From positions 32,001-96,000 of IMG/VR virus record IMGVR_UViG_3300032007_000003: a stretch of DNA of 64,000 nt. The stretch is one strand, 5' to 3'. Below the pieces are notes generated by a model that searched no databases, was not told the DNA's origin, and was given only the letters and a program-made list of their open reading frames with translations. Of this stretch, positions 40,301-50,554 are shown one piece after another (within the stretch, counting starts at the first letter, position 1; the number at the start of each line of letters is the position of its first letter). The DNA comes from a virus. Taxonomy: Duplodnaviria; Heunggongvirae; Uroviricota; Caudoviricetes. The position numbers and the translations under genes were made by a program.

Positions 40301-40315
40301 AAGATAAAGCATTAA
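37301..40315 (+). CDS. tape measure protein
   Basis: 1004 aa, Ala/Gly/Met-rich helical; GG.IGG..G repeats and HAEGGVIGG..GDKVP..NSGE. Confidence 0.85.
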   Translation: MNTLLANTLIATAGIIRGTLASALNYLNTLIKSGTDSAMQFHKEGIAFAREMGMNAKEAQAYTEVLTDRTERLAMKYGVAAEQVKELQRNISVATSRQLMLNESQAEGFLQLNKLVGSSTVTKFTEQMMNGMGGQLDTVQGAVSKAYATAAKSGLNAQKVSEKIANNLNMANKLSFRTGIEGLTRMAMQAEKVGLSLNSVESAANAFMEIDDAIQASAKLNMLGGQFAMLGGNPLDMAYEANADPEAFQKRLIGMAQGAAKFDAQKGIATVDPMMMDMLRNAAKAMNLNPDELVGSAKKQASNAYKESNISSSIMNGLTKEQQDFLINKSNVANGKVMFTTIGGKEVDLSSGGTIDKAVLEEMMKYQGMSDRDIMEENARSLSSINEILTGIKESIKAMFAKFVEGLFPKMQGDLKQFGAWAKNKLEPLAKNVGESVRSAYDWLKEHKEPIKSLISHVIGFLKFATEHWKILLSVLAAKKLFGMANNLGIGKGLGGKAARGAAKGIGNLFTKGKNLVTSRGFWDVLLGRQHKNTAGRWVNSKGRFISNKLANIGKFAKVGGAMAGVGLAAFQGIGAWNARAEEAERIRNSNMSDVDKAKALEQNRIDRNSEVGGAVGQGVGSILGTIFFGPLGGMIGGAVGKFAGEFIGKYWDPIFDGLKSFGKTVLNGVKWLVDNNPISWMVRGIGELFGKDWSPTKLIGDMFSGSEKHAEGGVIGGNSYSGDKVPILANSGEAVITPQQFNAVFGETNNKNFYNSTWNNRNVSSTIMPQNTSTTTNLTNNSNVWNNSSALSTVMPQSTTNSANSNVWNNSSALSTVMPQSTTNSANSNVWNNSSALSTVMPQNTSTTTNLTKNSTLNNSSVLSTVMPQSTTNSANSNVWNNSSVLSTVMPQSTDIIKPKNSLGEAEYIYKPNRTEISNINGNTVTVKDFNININGTLKLDAGTYSKSINGRDLLNDYAFMTQIKNMIRESINRDINGGMLSNDLATVNGYPAQTSMYGKIKH
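39572..39984 (+). repeat. tandem repeat with a 69-bp (23-aa) unit, about 6 copies including variants
   Basis: AATAGTAATGTTTGGAATAACAGTAGTGCCTTATCTACTGTGATGCCGCAG at 39644, 39713 and 39782, plus variants. Confidence 0.9.
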
Positions 40316-40354
40316 GCGTTTAAATAAAACAAAATATAGATTATATTTTATAGT

Positions 40355-43300
40355 ATGAATATAGGTGATTCTATAAAGAATGCAGCTACAGATTTATTGA
40401 CAAACAGTGATTTCATATCTAGAACGATTGGAATGACTGCTTCTTATGATGATATCATGTTTATTGTGCAAGCACTTGGACGTGAGCCTATCAGTTTGTT
40501 GGGAAAAGACTATCCATTCATATTTGACCATGTTAGAAGGAATTTCCAACAAGGTGTCAGTGTGCCTAGTACAATAAACGAAGGTTGCCCTAAGTTTACA
40601 TTCTATAAGGAAGTACCAACTGTTAGATTTGCAGACCCATATCATGACCCTCTTAGGTTATTGGATAGATGGATTCCTAATATGGAATTTGGAGACACTG
40701 GAGGTCATGAAGGAAATGCAGCACATGGCTTAACAAAGCATTATTCTGAGTCAAATGATGGTGTAACCAATAATAAGGTAATTGGTTTGACAAGTGAGTT
40801 GGATAGTGGTAATCCTGGAACATACTTTGGAGCAATCCAGAGTTACGGTCCAGAATTATCTACTTGTGATTTGATTAAGAAGACAAATGATAACTTTAAT
40901 CATGGAAAATATAAAACCCTTATAGCTAGATTCCATACCAATTCAGATGATTCAAGAAGTGGTGATAACCCAACACAGACAGCCATATCTAATCAATATG
41001 GAATGTCTCATGGTAGGAACTTGTTAAAGATTACACCTACAACAGAGAATGGGTATGATAACCCATATTGTAGGGTATGGACTTATCACCATCAATATAA
41101 TCAAATTCAAAGGTTAATAAGACCTTTCAGTAATGTTGATAGTGCTGAAAATCTTGAGAAGAATGAGACAAGTCTTGGTTCAAGCGTTGGTTTCAGAACA
41201 ATTGGTGATGAGGATTTCGATGGTGGAAGCAGACGTTTGGATAAATATGGAGTTCTTAATTATAAAAATGGGTTCGTAAATATTGCCCCAACAGCAAAAA
41301 TTAAGGACTATTTCGATAATAAACAAGATACTGAGGATTCCATTTCTATAAAGAAATGTATGTTCTCAATCGAAAACCTTGCTTGGAGAGATGATAAGGC
41401 AAAGGTTAAGGAATATGAACAGCAAGGTCTTTCAGCGGAACAGAGAGGTCCACTTGGCGGTAGAATAATGTGGTTTCCACCATATGATTTAACATTTAAT
41501 GAGGATGTATCTGTTAATTGGAATAATAATCAATTTATAGGTAGAGGTGAGGGGTTATATACCTATACAAATACAGAGAGAAGAGGCAATCTATCATTTA
41601 CACTTATAATTGACCACCCTTCAGTACTTGACTATTGGACTGGGCATAAACGTAGTGGAATGAAGAATAACGGTAGGGAACTAGCCGAAGGAAACATTGG
41701 AGGTGTTGATAACAAGTACAATCAAGAGAATACATTGCTTCGTTTCTTCGCTGGTTGTGATATCCTTACAGCAAAACCTCAAGATTACTATATGAGAGTT
41801 GAAGAACCAAAGGTAGAGGTGAAGGAAACAGAACTAGAACCAGAGGTAGTTGAACCAGATGAAACTCCAACAAAGACGAAAAAACAGATACAAGTTCTAT
41901 TATTCTACCCAAACAACTATAGTGGTAAGGATGATGGAAGTAATTCTGTAAATCCTATATGGTATTTGATGGCTGGTGTCGGTACACAAAAATATGTTGA
42001 TATTGATGATGAAGGTAAAGGTACTAAAAATGCAATTGATATTCCAACAACAATTAATTTTTTGTCAGCATCAACAAATACAGGATATGAAATGAATGGT
42101 TCTAAGGGTATTTCAATAGTAGATGAACAAATAGCTTGGAATGTTCCTGATGCTTCGAAGCATAGCACAATAGTTATGTCATATGCTGATAAAACATCAA
42201 AAGAAAGAAAAGCACAATATTTAACTGACGAAAATGGTAATACAATTACAGTTACATACACATATCCTACTACTGTTTTAAATGATGAAAAAAGAGAGGT
42301 TAGTGGTTCTACGACCAAGAATTATAAATTAGCTAAGATTATAGGTTCTCAAGCAATGGGTCTTGGTAGTGCATATGGTAATAACTTAACTGGTGAAGAC
42401 CATCTTTGGTATCGTAAGCGTTACTACTACAGAGTTGATAAAGCATATGAAAATCAAGACTTTTCAAATAGCGATAGCTACTTGGATACACAGTCTTTTA
42501 AACTTAATTCAACTGGTTATGCTTCTGCAACAGCCGTTACAGAATTCCAATTAGAGAAGGAATCACTATACAGCTTTAGTGACTTATTCGCAGCATTGGA
42601 AACTTCAAATAAAGTAGTGCCAAACACTGACAAATCAAAGGAACTTAAAAAGATTTTAACTGATAAAGATAGATATGAAATAACTAGTCTTAAGTACTTC
42701 GGTCATGCTTCTTATCAAGGTAGAAAAAATTCTAACAATGACCTAGCTAAGAATAGAGCAAACACTCTTAAGAAGTGGCTTGAAGGATTTGACCAATTTA
42801 AGGGTGTTCAATCAGAAGAGCCTATTATTAAAAATCAGAGTGAGAAACCAGTAATTAATGTTGGTAGTAATAGTGAACTTAACACTAAGTTATGGAGAAG
42901 TGCTTCTGTAATCATTGAATATAATGAGTTATCAGTATCAAAGGCGGTTGAAACTCCTGCAAAGCAGAATATTGATAAGGTGGAGATTCCAAATGGTATA
43001 ACTTCCAATAAGTTAAACAATCTTTCTGTTAGTGGTCTTAGAATAAGTCCATATAGTGTACTTTCAGACCCAAAGAATGATATGATGAATTATAGGTTTG
43101 ACCCTAAGAGTGGAAAGTTCATCTATGTAGAGCCTAAAGAACCACAACCATCAGATACTGCTGAAACTAGTGTTGTACAAAGATACGATAATGAGGGCGA
43201 ATTCTTTGAGTTACTTGATAAGGAAGCTCCATTCTTGCATCATTTAATTAGTGAGAAGATAAGATACTTTGACCCAGCATTCCATTCTATATCACCAGAG

Positions 43301-43813
43301 GGCTTTAATTCTAGATTAACCTTCTTACAACAATGCACAAGACAAGGTTCAACCATTGAGAATGGTAATCCAAATCAGATTACAGCCTATAACTTGGCAT
43401 TTGGTAGACCTCCAATTTGTGTGTTGAGAGTTGGTGATTTCTATAATACAAAGATTATCATCAATAGTTTGAATATTCAGTATGATAACACACAATGGGA
43501 TTTAAACCCAGAGGGTATTGGTGTAATGCCGATGTTTGCAAAGGTATCAATAACATTCACATTCCTTGGTGGTAGTGACCTTGCTGGACCGATTGCACGT
43601 CTTCAGAATGCTGTTTCATTCAATTATTATGCGAATGCTGGAGTATATGATAATCGTGCTGAAATGGTTGAATATGACCCTAATGGTAGTGGAAGACCAG
43701 TTAAATTCAAAGGGTATGTATATCCTAATTTAACTAAGAAAGGCACAGTAGATGTATCTGAGGCGTATGGAGACAATGGACAAAAGATAACTAAAAATGG
43801 TAATACTAAATAA
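40355..43813 (+). CDS. baseplate/tube-initiator-like protein with an inserted OmpA-like domain
   Basis: FIGRGE..YTY.NTER and PPICVLRVGDFY..PM.A motifs; GHASYQG..NNDLAKNRA. Confidence 0.65.
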   Translation: MNIGDSIKNAATDLLTNSDFISRTIGMTASYDDIMFIVQALGREPISLLGKDYPFIFDHVRRNFQQGVSVPSTINEGCPKFTFYKEVPTVRFADPYHDPLRLLDRWIPNMEFGDTGGHEGNAAHGLTKHYSESNDGVTNNKVIGLTSELDSGNPGTYFGAIQSYGPELSTCDLIKKTNDNFNHGKYKTLIARFHTNSDDSRSGDNPTQTAISNQYGMSHGRNLLKITPTTENGYDNPYCRVWTYHHQYNQIQRLIRPFSNVDSAENLEKNETSLGSSVGFRTIGDEDFDGGSRRLDKYGVLNYKNGFVNIAPTAKIKDYFDNKQDTEDSISIKKCMFSIENLAWRDDKAKVKEYEQQGLSAEQRGPLGGRIMWFPPYDLTFNEDVSVNWNNNQFIGRGEGLYTYTNTERRGNLSFTLIIDHPSVLDYWTGHKRSGMKNNGRELAEGNIGGVDNKYNQENTLLRFFAGCDILTAKPQDYYMRVEEPKVEVKETELEPEVVEPDETPTKTKKQIQVLLFYPNNYSGKDDGSNSVNPIWYLMAGVGTQKYVDIDDEGKGTKNAIDIPTTINFLSASTNTGYEMNGSKGISIVDEQIAWNVPDASKHSTIVMSYADKTSKERKAQYLTDENGNTITVTYTYPTTVLNDEKREVSGSTTKNYKLAKIIGSQAMGLGSAYGNNLTGEDHLWYRKRYYYRVDKAYENQDFSNSDSYLDTQSFKLNSTGYASATAVTEFQLEKESLYSFSDLFAALETSNKVVPNTDKSKELKKILTDKDRYEITSLKYFGHASYQGRKNSNNDLAKNRANTLKKWLEGFDQFKGVQSEEPIIKNQSEKPVINVGSNSELNTKLWRSASVIIEYNELSVSKAVETPAKQNIDKVEIPNGITSNKLNNLSVSGLRISPYSVLSDPKNDMMNYRFDPKSGKFIYVEPKEPQPSDTAETSVVQRYDNEGEFFELLDKEAPFLHHLISEKIRYFDPAFHSISPEGFNSRLTFLQQCTRQGSTIENGNPNQITAYNLAFGRPPICVLRVGDFYNTKIIINSLNIQYDNTQWDLNPEGIGVMPMFAKVSITFTFLGGSDLAGPIARLQNAVSFNYYANAGVYDNRAEMVEYDPNGSGRPVKFKGYVYPNLTKKGTVDVSEAYGDNGQKITKNGNTK

Positions 43814-43818
43814 TTTTT

Positions 43819-44136
43819 ATGAATTACAGCAGATATAAATCATTTGTTTCAAATGGAAGTTATAAGAATGTACCTTTTATTGGGATTCCAGTAAGAGGTA
43901 CTGACTGTTATACATACTATGAAGTTGGTAAGACTAGATTGGATTTATTATCTTATCAGTACTACAATGACCCTAATTATGGTTGGTTGATATTACAAGC
44001 TAACCCAAGTTTGGGTTCTTTGGAATATAGGATAGAGAATAATTCAAAGATACGTATTCCTTATCCATTGGATATTGCGATACAAGGTTACGAGGATGAC
44101 ATAAACAATTATGTAAAATTATACGGTTTAAATTAA
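43819..44136 (+). CDS. baseplate wedge protein (gp53/LysM-like)
   Basis: RLDLLSYQYYNDPNYGWLILQANP...IRIP. Confidence 0.8.
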   Translation: MNYSRYKSFVSNGSYKNVPFIGIPVRGTDCYTYYEVGKTRLDLLSYQYYNDPNYGWLILQANPSLGSLEYRIENNSKIRIPYPLDIAIQGYEDDINNYVKLYGLN

Positions 44137-44142
44137 AAATAG

Positions 44143-47100
44143 ATGGCTGCACATTCAAGTGTACAATACGTAGAACCAAATAGTGATTTAGAGAATATCA
44201 GCAATTATAGCGAATATTTGACAACAGATGGAAGGGTTTATGATAAGGTCATAGACCCTGAAGACTATTGTATTGGTCTTTCCATTTCAACTGTGCTTTG
44301 TAATAGAGGACAATCATTGGCTGATGGAAATCAGCTTCTAACACTTTCATGGGAGAATACAAAGGAGAATACAAAGGTGAATTTCATGAGTGGTACACTA
44401 GTTTCTTCAACCAAAAATGACAGTATCAAAGATAACCTTAACATACCATATTTGACAACCAACTATGCTGATATGTATGTTACTGATATAAAACATTACG
44501 GTACAACTGAAATGATTGGTATTAAGTCAGTTAACATCGATTTTGAGAATGCCGTATTACCAGTAATTACAGTTCAGTTCACTGACGTTAGGGGTATGTC
44601 TTTATTCACACCAAGAGAGTTTAGTGGATTAGATAAATTGACTGCAAATGGGGTTGTTGATGCAAGTGATGTTGCACAGTGTTTCTTCCAATGTTTCTTC
44701 AAATTCCCTTATCCAAAGTTCAATATAACGGTTAAGGGTTTCTATGGAAAACCAGTATCTTATGAGGTTACATGTGATAAATTCGAGACAGATTTCAATG
44801 CTGAGAACGGTAATTTCGATGTGACTGTAAGGTTTATTGGATATAAATATTCATTTCTATCTGATATAACCACTGAGATGCTTTTGCTTGCGCCATATAC
44901 TGATTATCTAGGAGAACAGTATTGGGAGGAACAGAAGCATAATCATCACTTTGTGGTCACTGATGCATATGGTCAAGAAAAAGAGATGCCAAGATTACTT
45001 GAGATATGGAGTAGCATTAGTGATATCATAACAAACGGGGGGGACGGTTCTAACGGCACAACGATGACTCGTGAGGATGACACCCATGACGAGGAAAGAA
45101 GACAGCTAGAAGCCATTAAAAACACTTATACGGCATGGTATGAGCAACTATGGAAGGAAGTGGTTAAGAAGTATGGTAAGGACAACTGCTTCATAAGGGT
45201 TTTGAATAGTGGGGAATATGATAGAATTATTGTATTGATAGATAGTAATAACACATCTGAAAATCTATCTGACGATGCAAAACAGTTCTCAAATGAGATG
45301 CAGAAAATAAACACTGATTTATATGCATTGATTGAGGAATATAATAGTACTTTTGCTGATATCAGTCCATTGGAGAAATTATCACAAGATTTTTCCAAGT
45401 ACCTTAATGTACCTTTATTTAATTCTGTAACCATAAATGACAAGAATAGGTTCATATTCAATGGTTATGATGAAAGCACACCAATTTCAAAGGACATTGC
45501 CGATGAAATGGTAATGAACCGTATTGGAATTGATGGAGAACAAAACCTTGGAAGTTCAGCAAGGCATCAAAAGACATTGAAGACTGTATACAATGATGGA
45601 AGTGTACAGAAGACAAATTGTTTCCATATAGATGTTGATTATACAAGTATTCAGATTAGGATAAACAAGCTCACTGCCGATGCCAACAAATCTTATAATG
45701 AGAAGAAGAGAAACAAGGATATACACAACAGAAATATAGAGCTTGTAAGACAATTGGGTTTTAAACCAACCATTGAAAATTTCACCAAGATTATAATGGC
45801 TCATGTTGAAACATTGATGCATATGATTTATACAGTTACGGATGAAATCAAGGCTGATTCAACTAGAACACCTAATGGTCTTGGAATGACAACTGGTAAG
45901 GAAGGAAACTTATCTGACGTAAAAGATGATTTTCAAGATGGTTTAATACCACCATTCCCTAGGGTTACAAAATCAATAACAGAGGATGATGGCACGCAGA
46001 AGCAACAAGACGTATGGATTGGCGAATTCGATAAAGACCAATTTAAGGAGGTTGACCTTGTTGAGACGTTTTTCAATGCTGCTGAGAAGTTCATGCAGTT
46101 GAGACAGCAAATGGCTGAGAAAATAGAACAAAAGAAGAAAGATAGAATGGATGCTGAGAAGGGTATTGAGCATGGTGTCGTGAGATATCCGTTGACATCT
46201 TATGACTTCTTCCTAAAGTCAAATATATATGGCGATGATGTTATAGAAACTATGGATAAATTCGCAGGTGCTGTGGCTGTTAGAATGTTTGATATTCTAT
46301 CCATTAACTTCTTTGCAAATGAGTTTAACAAAGATTGGCATAAATATGCTAAAAATTTGGGTAGAGTAGAAGCACATAACTTCTATAAGAGTGTTGATAC
46401 AACCTCCAATAGTGAAATTAGAGAATGGATTACACTTGATAATGGCGTATTTGACTCCAACTATATAACAAGTGTAATGAAATCTACAGAAGGTAAATAT
46501 CCTTGGTCATTCGATAGTGGAAGCAAAGAAGCAAAGGCTCTATTTTCAAATGATAAATGGTTGAGAAGATATAAGTTTACAAATCAAGCTGGTTATGGCG
46601 GTGAATCTTATATGTATCAAGTTCAGAACATATCATTTGATACAATGAGGGAAAACTATAACTTGTTTAATGGTCCTAATGAGAATTTCTCAAATAGTGA
46701 TGTCATTCTAGCCATGAAGACAAAACAAATAGATTCCCTTGATTTCAAGTCACTTACTGATGATTATAATGGACATTATAACTTGATAATTGTTGATGAC
46801 TATACAAAGGTCAAGAATATGATGGATGTAGCAATATCCGAGACATTTAACTCTTATAGTGGTATTTCAGAGAATATTTCAAACTCTTGCAGTCTAGATA
46901 ATGCATTGGAGGGGTATTATAAGAATTTATTCAAGGATGAAGGTGTTTCATCATTCTGCAAAAAGGACAAGGACTTTAACATAAGTGAAAAAATAAGTAC
47001 AAAGATTTTCAATACAGATGCATTCTATGTCTTCGGAAAAGATAGGAATATATTGAAAGACAAAGATGGAAACAAGAAAAAATACACTAGTTCAAAACAA

Positions 47101-50100
47101 GACCTTGAGGATTATTTCAAGACTGAAATCAATGGAAAATATATCAATAGTTGCTTCTTAAGTGAAGTTTTCAATTATGGTAATGATGGTAAGATAAACC
47201 ATAAGTCATCTGTTCTAAACAATGATTTTTCACCTTATGAGTTCTTGATGGGTATTGATTGTATCAATTATAATACTTTGTCTGATTTATTAAAAAGAAA
47301 AACAAAGGGGGATAAGACGTTTATTTATCTTCCTAGATTCCTTGTTCTCCAACTTGGAGCAATACTCCAATATTCTGTTGATAAATCTGGTGGTATAAAC
47401 ACTTCGTTGACAATTGGGGATGACCTTAAAATGCAAAAAGAATTAAGAGACCTTGCAAGTACCTATTTAAATCAGATTAGTATATACTCTAGGATGATTT
47501 TAATGCAATATTATCAAGATTGGGCTTCAAAGGAATTCAATGACATAAAAAATAAATTAAGTGGTGAAAATTCAAATAGAAATGTTGCAGTAGCTGATGT
47601 TGAAAAAGGTAGGGTATTACTTAATCAAAATAGTGAAGATATTAAAAATTTAACAAATAAGATGATGTTGCCTATACTGCTTGTAAATGGTAATGTTAAC
47701 CATTTTGTTGATGATAATAGATATTGTCTCGAAACAAAATTATATAAGGTTGAAAATGACACTGTTTATCAAGACTATTTGGATGGTTTCATTGATGAAT
47801 TGAATCAGTTGTTGGGAGTTGATTATAAGGCTGATGAGAACGGTAACATGGTAAGAAGGTCTAAGGATGCCAATAACACCTCAGACGAGATGAGAATGGA
47901 ATTATACAGATATCTAAAGCAGATATATGACAAATGGATTCCTTCTTCAACCGAAAAGGATTGGAACTATCAGAACTTCTTTGACAAGAGTGGGGCTGAC
48001 TATCAATTCTATTTCATCGATTCTTATTACAACAAAATTGGCGATAAGTTGTTATTAAATCCACAAAAACTGTTTGAGAGAATAGACACCTTAACAAGCT
48101 ATAGTGATATCAAGTCAAACGTACTTTCATTCTTAAGCTGCGTTTATACTGATAACAGATGTATGTTTAAATGTATACAGAACTTCATTGACTTGTCAAA
48201 GAGGGAATCAATGGAGAATATGTTCAAACCATTACCATATTCAAATGCGTTTGACCCTAAGAATATAAGGAATGGTCAAGACTTTGTTGTGTGTTATACA
48301 TATGAACCATCAAAGCACTTGGACATACAAGGTGCTGAATATGAGGATGATAGTTTCATGCTTAATAATGAGTCAAAGACTCCTATGTCAATTAGGACAA
48401 GAGGTGCAAAAGGTGATTTCTATACAATACCTGCATTTGGTGTAACATATGGAAAACAATATCAGAGTTTCTTCAAGAAAGTATCTGTGAATACAAGGGG
48501 AGCAATACAAACTGAACAGAGTATCATGGCTAAGTTCTCAATTTTGAATGAGAAGAGTGATAAAAACAAGAATGCAACACAAGGTCAAGATATGTTTGAT
48601 ATCTATGCTGGGCAATCCTTCACTTGTACAGTTGAGATGATGGGATGTGCATGGGTACAACCAATGATGTATTTCGTACTTCTTAATGTACCAATGTTTA
48701 GGGGTTCTTATCAGATTTATAAGGTTAGCCATAGTATAACACCTGGAAATATGTCAACCAAGTTCATAGGTAGTCGTATGCCTAATGTTGGTAATAAATT
48801 GGTTAAGGATGTATTCATTAGTCCAGAAGGTGATGATACAGAATATATACCAAATGATGCAGTTACATTCAATAATGCAATGGCAAATAATGACAATGAT
48901 TGTCCATATGCAGTGTTCCCAATATTTAGCACAAGCACAAATGGTGCATCAGCTAGTCCAAATGCACAAACTGCAATGAGTATTTTACTCCCTTATCTTA
49001 ATAACAATGCTAAAGCTGCTGCTGGTATCTGTGGCAATATAATGCAAGAAAGTGGATTTAATGAGTTTGCAGTTAATAAGTCTAGTTTTGCAGCTGGTCT
49101 ATGCCAATGGATGCCAGCATATCACTTATTTTCTGACATGTATAATAACAGAACTTCAGAATATGGACATTGGCCAGGTGGCAATGAAACTGGTTTAAGT
49201 AAAAAATCTGATGTTTATGAACTTATTAAAAATAAAAGTTTTGAAGCCCAAATAAGATTTGCAATAGAATCTGTTAAGAATAATAATCATAATGATTTTA
49301 AGAATGTATATAATAAGTTAGCTGCTGCTACTACTGTTGGAGAGGCTGTTGGAATTTGGTTATGGGGTTATGAAAGGCCTGGAACAGCAGAAACTCATCA
49401 AGCTCAAAGAGAGAAGTTTGCAATGGATATTTATAACGTATTTACTGGCGGTTCACAACAAAATGATAGTACTAAAGAATTAACAGAAATGAATGAGGAT
49501 ATTTATGAATTATTCTTCAGTGCGATTAACAAGACAGCACAAAATACAGAGTCAATGAAATTCGAGTTGAAGAACAGTTATTATCCAAATAAGAACGATA
49601 GCAATAAGGTTATGATGGTTAGTGCTGCTAATTCTCAAAATAATGCGAAATTGGCAAAATTATTTGATTGTATATTAAATACTAAAGAATATTTTAGATA
49701 TGTGAAGGATTTATATTGGGTATATGACAATAATGTTGTATCTAATATTGTTAGAATCGATTTGAAACTGTCTTCAAAGGATGTACCAACTAATGAACAA
49801 CACGTACATTTCTTCTTGAGTGGCACTAAGTCTAGTGATGCACAAGCATCAAAAGATAAGTGGAATGTTGAAGATTTCAGTGATGATTTGAAACATTCTC
49901 TTGGAAAGACATATGGTGATATAGGTAAAGGAAACATTAATAAACTTTTAAATGGATGCTTAAACGATATTGATAGTTTATCAGCTTATTCTCCAAGCGA
50001 TTGTGCAAGTGTTGGCAATGATATCATTGCGTTGGGCAGCGAAATAAGTAAGGGAGACGCTGGTTTCATTGATGGTTGGAATGTTGGCAAAGCATGTGCT

Positions 50101-50499
50101 ACACTTATTAAAAGAGCTAAACCAAAATACATAAAAGGACAATGCGGAAATTGTGCAGCTTATGTTGAATATGCAATAAAAGAAGGTGGAGGTCCGAGAA
50201 TGAATTGTGGTGATGGAAAATATGCAACTAATTTAAGATATAGAGGAATTCTTAAAGAAAATGGATTCGTAATGATTGATAGCGGTATAGTTAAACCTTA
50301 TGGAGACGCAAAGATACCATTACAATCTGGCGATGTTGCTATTATTGGTAAGGATGCACTTACAGAGGGTGGAAAATATCATGCTTGTATGTTCTCATCA
50401 CAAGGTTGGATTTCAGACTTTAAACAAAAACACATGAGTCCATACGATTCAAGCTTGCCTTATGCTATTTATAGATTCCATAATAAACAAAAAGCTTAA
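44143..50499 (+). CDS. baseplate hub protein with phage tail lysozyme and CHAP-like domains
   Basis: AAAGICGNIMQESG...GLCQW...YERP; GNCAAYV...GDV...HACM...WISDF; hub-like VEMMG..QP..F..GSY..VSHSI. Confidence 0.75.
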   Translation: MAAHSSVQYVEPNSDLENISNYSEYLTTDGRVYDKVIDPEDYCIGLSISTVLCNRGQSLADGNQLLTLSWENTKENTKVNFMSGTLVSSTKNDSIKDNLNIPYLTTNYADMYVTDIKHYGTTEMIGIKSVNIDFENAVLPVITVQFTDVRGMSLFTPREFSGLDKLTANGVVDASDVAQCFFQCFFKFPYPKFNITVKGFYGKPVSYEVTCDKFETDFNAENGNFDVTVRFIGYKYSFLSDITTEMLLLAPYTDYLGEQYWEEQKHNHHFVVTDAYGQEKEMPRLLEIWSSISDIITNGGDGSNGTTMTREDDTHDEERRQLEAIKNTYTAWYEQLWKEVVKKYGKDNCFIRVLNSGEYDRIIVLIDSNNTSENLSDDAKQFSNEMQKINTDLYALIEEYNSTFADISPLEKLSQDFSKYLNVPLFNSVTINDKNRFIFNGYDESTPISKDIADEMVMNRIGIDGEQNLGSSARHQKTLKTVYNDGSVQKTNCFHIDVDYTSIQIRINKLTADANKSYNEKKRNKDIHNRNIELVRQLGFKPTIENFTKIIMAHVETLMHMIYTVTDEIKADSTRTPNGLGMTTGKEGNLSDVKDDFQDGLIPPFPRVTKSITEDDGTQKQQDVWIGEFDKDQFKEVDLVETFFNAAEKFMQLRQQMAEKIEQKKKDRMDAEKGIEHGVVRYPLTSYDFFLKSNIYGDDVIETMDKFAGAVAVRMFDILSINFFANEFNKDWHKYAKNLGRVEAHNFYKSVDTTSNSEIREWITLDNGVFDSNYITSVMKSTEGKYPWSFDSGSKEAKALFSNDKWLRRYKFTNQAGYGGESYMYQVQNISFDTMRENYNLFNGPNENFSNSDVILAMKTKQIDSLDFKSLTDDYNGHYNLIIVDDYTKVKNMMDVAISETFNSYSGISENISNSCSLDNALEGYYKNLFKDEGVSSFCKKDKDFNISEKISTKIFNTDAFYVFGKDRNILKDKDGNKKKYTSSKQDLEDYFKTEINGKYINSCFLSEVFNYGNDGKINHKSSVLNNDFSPYEFLMGIDCINYNTLSDLLKRKTKGDKTFIYLPRFLVLQLGAILQYSVDKSGGINTSLTIGDDLKMQKELRDLASTYLNQISIYSRMILMQYYQDWASKEFNDIKNKLSGENSNRNVAVADVEKGRVLLNQNSEDIKNLTNKMMLPILLVNGNVNHFVDDNRYCLETKLYKVENDTVYQDYLDGFIDELNQLLGVDYKADENGNMVRRSKDANNTSDEMRMELYRYLKQIYDKWIPSSTEKDWNYQNFFDKSGADYQFYFIDSYYNKIGDKLLLNPQKLFERIDTLTSYSDIKSNVLSFLSCVYTDNRCMFKCIQNFIDLSKRESMENMFKPLPYSNAFDPKNIRNGQDFVVCYTYEPSKHLDIQGAEYEDDSFMLNNESKTPMSIRTRGAKGDFYTIPAFGVTYGKQYQSFFKKVSVNTRGAIQTEQSIMAKFSILNEKSDKNKNATQGQDMFDIYAGQSFTCTVEMMGCAWVQPMMYFVLLNVPMFRGSYQIYKVSHSITPGNMSTKFIGSRMPNVGNKLVKDVFISPEGDDTEYIPNDAVTFNNAMANNDNDCPYAVFPIFSTSTNGASASPNAQTAMSILLPYLNNNAKAAAGICGNIMQESGFNEFAVNKSSFAAGLCQWMPAYHLFSDMYNNRTSEYGHWPGGNETGLSKKSDVYELIKNKSFEAQIRFAIESVKNNNHNDFKNVYNKLAAATTVGEAVGIWLWGYERPGTAETHQAQREKFAMDIYNVFTGGSQQNDSTKELTEMNEDIYELFFSAINKTAQNTESMKFELKNSYYPNKNDSNKVMMVSAANSQNNAKLAKLFDCILNTKEYFRYVKDLYWVYDNNVVSNIVRIDLKLSSKDVPTNEQHVHFFLSGTKSSDAQASKDKWNVEDFSDDLKHSLGKTYGDIGKGNINKLLNGCLNDIDSLSAYSPSDCASVGNDIIALGSEISKGDAGFIDGWNVGKACATLIKRAKPKYIKGQCGNCAAYVEYAIKEGGGPRMNCGDGKYATNLRYRGILKENGFVMIDSGIVKPYGDAKIPLQSGDVAIIGKDALTEGGKYHACMFSSQGWISDFKQKHMSPYDSSLPYAIYRFHNKQKA

Positions 50500-50501
50500 A
50501 G

Positions 50502-50533
50502 TTTGGAATTTTAACATTTTTTATATATCTTTG
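50502..50533 (+). promoter_or_regulatory. Bacteroidota sigma-A-type promoter
   Basis: TTTG(50502)-N20-TATCTTTG(50526). Confidence 0.7.
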
Positions 50534-50554
50534 CATAAATTGGTAAAAAGTGTT

